Shown piece after piece: positions 60,635 through 64,000 of a DNA stretch of 64,000 bases. The notes below the pieces were generated by a model. It saw only the letters and a program-made list of their open reading frames with translations, made no database searches and had not been told where the DNA came from. Position 1 is the first letter of the stretch. Each line of letters begins with the position of its first letter. This DNA comes from Dictyostelium discoideum (taxonomy: Eukaryota). A program made the position numbers and the translations under genes. The stretch is taken from assembly GCA_000004695.1 (NCBI GenBank), contig CM000152.2:2240001-2304000 (forward strand), given 5' to 3'.

Positions 60635-60646
60635 TTATGGGATTTT
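60635..60646 (-). promoter_or_regulatory. DUSE-like (Dictyostelium upstream sequence element) box TCCCATAAAAA, about 55-65 nt upstream of the candidate Class I RNA.
   Basis: The plus strand shows tttttatggga at 60633-60643. Its reverse complement matches the [A/T]CCCA[C/T]AA consensus that I recall from Dictyostelium ncRNA promoters, with the expected spacing to the RNA 5' end. Confidence 0.5.
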
Positions 60647-60678
60647 TTTTTTTAATTTTTTTTTTTTGCCTCAGCTCC

Positions 60679-60718
<40 letters not shown>

Positions 60719-60929
60719 TTATTTAAAACAAATTAATAAACTATTTTTATTTGTATAAATGAAATTGAAAGTAGATTGTATTCTAGTTTATCATTTGATA
60801 AATGATATTTTAGTTAATTGTAATATTGAAAATCATGATTCAACTTTTTAAATGCCCCATGTTATAACTAAATAAATGTGGTGTTGGGATAATTACAAAC
60901 TATGAATTTGTAACTACCATAATATTAGG

Positions 60930-61575
60930 TTTCAAACCACTAACACCAAAATCGCTTGCACAATATGCGTCGATACCACATGATTGGATAATATCACCAA
61001 ATGCAGTTTAACATAACCAACAATATCGGATTCTGTGGAGCAAGGGAGGTAACTTCCATTTCTAAGAGACTTCCATATTAAATTGGTGCATGGAAGTGGT
61101 TTTATATCGATATAAAATTTCAAAACTTTTCGATACCAAAGTTGCTGGTTGATGATTTTTCGCAACAGATTGGATATGATATGATTGAGCCCGACCTCTC
61201 ACCCAAAGGAGGTAAAGCATGTTCAAAAATTTTCATCTTTGCTTCTGTATTATGTAAATTGTATATTAGTTAAAAAGTTTTGAAATTAATTTAAATTTTA
61301 AAATCATATTTTAAAAGGGATTGACATACCATATAAAACATAAAGATGAGTTGGAATATTGTTTTCATTTAATTTGGTTTCAATATCTAATTCATTTTCG
61401 CCCAATCCACAACCTACTGGTTGTTTATCGAAAATTGATAAATCTTTTGTTTTATATTGTTTTTCATCATTGCTAATATATTCTGCTATTATTTTTAAAA
61501 CATCAAATATTGTATTTACTGATTCAAATTTAAATTTGATCTTTTTTTTTATTTAAAAAAACAAAACAACTGAAA
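60930..61575 (-). CDS. Possible small multi-exon gene (roughly 110 aa) in a GC-richer island. Product unknown.
   Basis: Minus-strand coding-like segment ...NTIFDVLKIIAEYISNDEKQYKTKDLSIFDKQPVGCGLGENELDIETKLNENNIPTHLYVLYG ends at a canonical GTATGT donor at about 61330. After an AT-rich intron with a ...atacag acceptor at about 61244, a downstream exon reads EAKMKIFEHALPPLGERSGSIISYPICCEKSSTSNFGIEKF*. A possible first exon MVSF lies at about 61560-61575. The local GC content, about 35-40%, is coding-like for this genome. No homology recognised. Confidence 0.25.
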
Positions 61576-62145
61576 GAAACCATTATTATAATTACTATTT
61601 TATAAAATAGTTGAAAAGAAATTTGAAATATTAAAAAAAAACAATAAAAATTAAAAACCAATCCAAATAATTTAAATGAAGAGTTTCTTTTTTTTTTTTT
61701 TTTTTGATATTGACCAGTTAGGATTTCTAGCCGACTTGCATGTAATTCCCCAATTGTGTTTTTATGGACCTCGTTAATTCGTGGGAAGACCAAGATTAAA
61801 AAATTCACATCAAAACTCTTTTCTTATTTGATTATTTAATTTTTAAAAAAAGAAAAACAAATACAAAAAAAAAAAAAGGTATCGATAGTTGAGATATTTC
61901 CAACAATTGTTTGATTTTTAAAAAAATATTGCAAAATGTTTTTTTTTTTTTTGAGTGAATTGTTTTATTAGAAAAAAAAAAAAGTGGTTCAGAAAAAATG
62001 AAAAAAAAAAAATCTATAAATATTTTAATTTTTTTTTTTTTATTTTTTATTTAATTCGAGGTTTTGGGTGAAAAAAAAAAAAAAAGATATTTTTGATCAC
62101 AAATATTTGCAGAACAAAACATTTTCTTTTTTCTTTCTTTCTTTT

Positions 62146-62176
<31 letters not shown>

Positions 62177-62295
62177 GGTTAATAATTTATATATTTTTTT
62201 TCATTGTTTTAAGAAAACATTTATTAATAAATAAAAATATTATTGATATCCTGTAACATAATAAAAAAATAAAAAAATAAAAAAAATAAAAAAAA

Positions 62296-64000
62296 ATGGA
62301 AGATGAAGTCACTAAACATAAGGCAATTATATCAAATAATGAAGCCTATGCAATTATTAGAGCGATATTATGTTTATATTCAGTGAATAAAACAGAAGAA
62401 TTTAAAAATAGTGCCAATGAAAAAACAATGGGACCAGTATTAAAGAAAGCATTTGGATTATCAGATGAACAATATAATGAAATCAGTGAAAAGATATTAG
62501 AATATTCTACAGAAGAAATTACAATCTCTGAATTACAATTAAGATATGCTTGGAAAGATAATCATCCAATTTATAAAAGTAAAGCATTCAAAGATCCAGA
62601 TGGACATACTAAATGGCAAAAAAAAGAATTTCAAGATATTAAAAAATTATTAAAAGATCCATCACTTTTAGATTTAAATACAAAATTACAATTAAATGAA
62701 AAAAACAATAATAATAATAATAACAATGAAAATAATTTAAAACCCTCAATTCAAGATGTATTTAATATTACATTAAAAAAACATACAATTGAAAAATCAA
62801 ATGGTGGTAAAGATAATATTCATATTGGTTATAAGATATTAGTTAATGCATTCCTTCAATATAGTTCACAAGAAGTTTATAGAGAAGATAGACAACATCC
62901 GATTAAATCATCATTATTAAAATCAAATGATTTATTTAATCTTGGTTTATTACCAGAGTTTACATGGATTTTAAATGAATATTCAATACTCTATGGTATT
63001 AGAGATTTCTATAGATTGCTTGTAATTTTCGATGTCCTAACAACTAGATTCGATGATAATTTAAATCAATTAAATTTATTATCAAATTGTTTTAAAAAAT
63101 TACAATCAATTAGAAAATTAATTCAAAATAATGAAACAATTGATGGTAGTGGTGGTAGTAATGGTATTAATTTAAATAATCAAAATGATTTTATAACTGA
63201 AGATGAAAATGATTTATTTAATAAAATTTCATCAAATTTATTTAATAATTTATTAATTAGAATTGGTAATTATAGAATTTGTTTTACACCAAATCAAGTT
63301 GAAAAATTACCACAACGCCAATCACAACATTATCAAAGATTAATTAAATCAATACCATTAACATTTGCATTAAATTTAATGAAATATATTGTTGATGAAT
63401 TATTCTCTGATTTAATTGATTTTCAAAGTGTACTTAAAAAAGCAATCATTGAAGCCAATGAAAAAGAATACATTAGATCAATGGAACATTTAGAAGCATT
63501 ATATAATGGTCAATTAAATTCAAATTATCAACAAATATTTTTATTATCAAAAGTTATAAATGATATAATTGATAAATGGTTTGATTGGGAAATTTATTAT
63601 TTTGATTTATCATTTTCTGAATTTTTAAAATTAAATAATAATCAAAATAATAATAATAACCAAAATAATAATAATCAAAAAATTCATTTAGAAATTATAT
63701 TTGAAACATTTTCAAATTTTATAAATAAATCAGTTTTAAATATTTATAAACGTTATTCAAATGAAGAACATACAGTTAGAAATAGTAAAAGTGGTAAATT
63801 GGAAGCTGCACCATGGATAACATGTTTATTTTCAGAGTTAATACCATCTTTGGTCAAATATAATGAGATTGTATTTGGTTTGTTTAAAAAGAAACCAATA
63901 CCATTAGAAGGTGAAATTAGTTTTTTAACAGGTCAGTTCATTTTAAATAGAATTTCAATTTTAAATACAAATATTAAACATTTAATAAAACATCAAGAAT
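62296..64000 (+). CDS. 5' portion of a large protein-coding gene, at least 568 aa, running off the window end. Mostly non-repetitive and helical-looking. Function unknown.
   Basis: An ATG at 62296 in an A-rich context opens a frame that stays open to nt 64000: MEDEVTKHKAIISNNEAYAIIRAILCLYSVNKTEEFKNSANEKTMGPVLKKAFGLSDEQYNEISEKILEYSTEEITISELQLRYAWKDNHPIYKSKAFKDPDGHTKWQKKEFQD... ...SKSGKLEAAPWITCLFSELIPSLVKYNEIVFGLFKKKPIPLEGEISFLTGQFILNRISILNTNIKHLIKHQE. The ORF track omits it because it has no in-window stop. Confidence 0.6.
   Translation, partial: MEDEVTKHKAIISNNEAYAIIRAILCLYSVNKTEEFKNSANEKTMGPVLKKAFGLSDEQYNEISEKILEYSTEEITISELQLRYAWKDNHPIYKSKAFKDPDGHTKWQKKEFQDIKKLLKDPSLLDLNTKLQLNEKNNNNNNNNENNLKPSIQDVFNITLKKHTIEKSNGGKDNIHIGYKILVNAFLQYSSQEVYREDRQHPIKSSLLKSNDLFNLGLLPEFTWILNEYSILYGIRDFYRLLVIFDVLTTRFDDNLNQLNLLSNCFKKLQSIRKLIQNNETIDGSGGSNGINLNNQNDFITEDENDLFNKISSNLFNNLLIRIGNYRICFTPNQVEKLPQRQSQHYQRLIKSIPLTFALNLMKYIVDELFSDLIDFQSVLKKAIIEANEKEYIRSMEHLEALYNGQLNSNYQQIFLLSKVINDIIDKWFDWEIYYFDLSFSEFLKLNNNQNNNNNQNNNNQKIHLEIIFETFSNFINKSVLNIYKRYSNEEHTVRNSKSGKLEAAPWITCLFSELIPSLVKYNEIVFGLFKKKPIPLEGEISFLTGQFILNRISILNTNIKHLIKHQE

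Overview
This window reads as Dictyostelium discoideum-type nuclear DNA. AT content is about 78-80%, with long poly(A)/poly(T) tracts and (AAT)n/(CAA)n microsatellites. Coding sequence runs into poly-N/poly-Q. Introns are short and AT-rich, of the form GTAAGT...(T)nAG. The ORF track fragments most genes, because it cannot join exons.

I reassembled about 20 protein-coding genes by reading across introns. Assignments with strong sequence support:
- eIF3 subunit g: RRM plus CRICK...CPYKD zinc knuckle.
- Calmodulin (calA): four exons, the first being the ATG alone.
- Nuf2 kinetochore protein.
- A TMEM184/DUF300 transporter-like gene.
- A Pumilio-family (Puf) RNA-binding protein.
- A Pcf11-like CID/zinc-finger 3'-end processing factor.
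- An AMP-dependent acyl-CoA ligase (4CL/oxalyl-CoA-synthetase-like).
- A YEATS-domain (GAS41/Yaf9-like) protein.
- A roughly 1800-aa GRAM + RhoGAP + RasGEF multidomain signalling protein.
- A secreted beta-helix (pectin-lyase-fold-like) protein with a C-terminal transmembrane anchor.

Several low-complexity or hypothetical genes fill out the rest.

The outstanding structure is at 40.5-59.2 kb. Three tandem, same-strand paralogues, each about 5.7 kb with four exons, encode roughly 1800-aa proteins with:
- a signal peptide;
- a divergent beta-rich N-terminal domain of about 500 aa;
- a long Cys-rich ectodomain;
- a C-terminal seven-transmembrane bundle.
Between copies the 7TM and Cys-rich parts are nearly identical, whereas the N-terminal domain is strongly diverged.

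I also found a candidate Class I non-coding RNA gene on the minus strand at about 60.51-60.58 kb. It carries the exact 11-nt CCTTACAGCAA motif, terminal stem complementarity, and a DUSE-like TCCCATAAAAA box about 60 nt upstream.

No prokaryotic-type systems are present (CRISPR, operons, mobile-element ORFs), and no tRNA genes were recognised. All coordinates of splice sites are approximate (plus or minus a few nt) because they were derived by eye.
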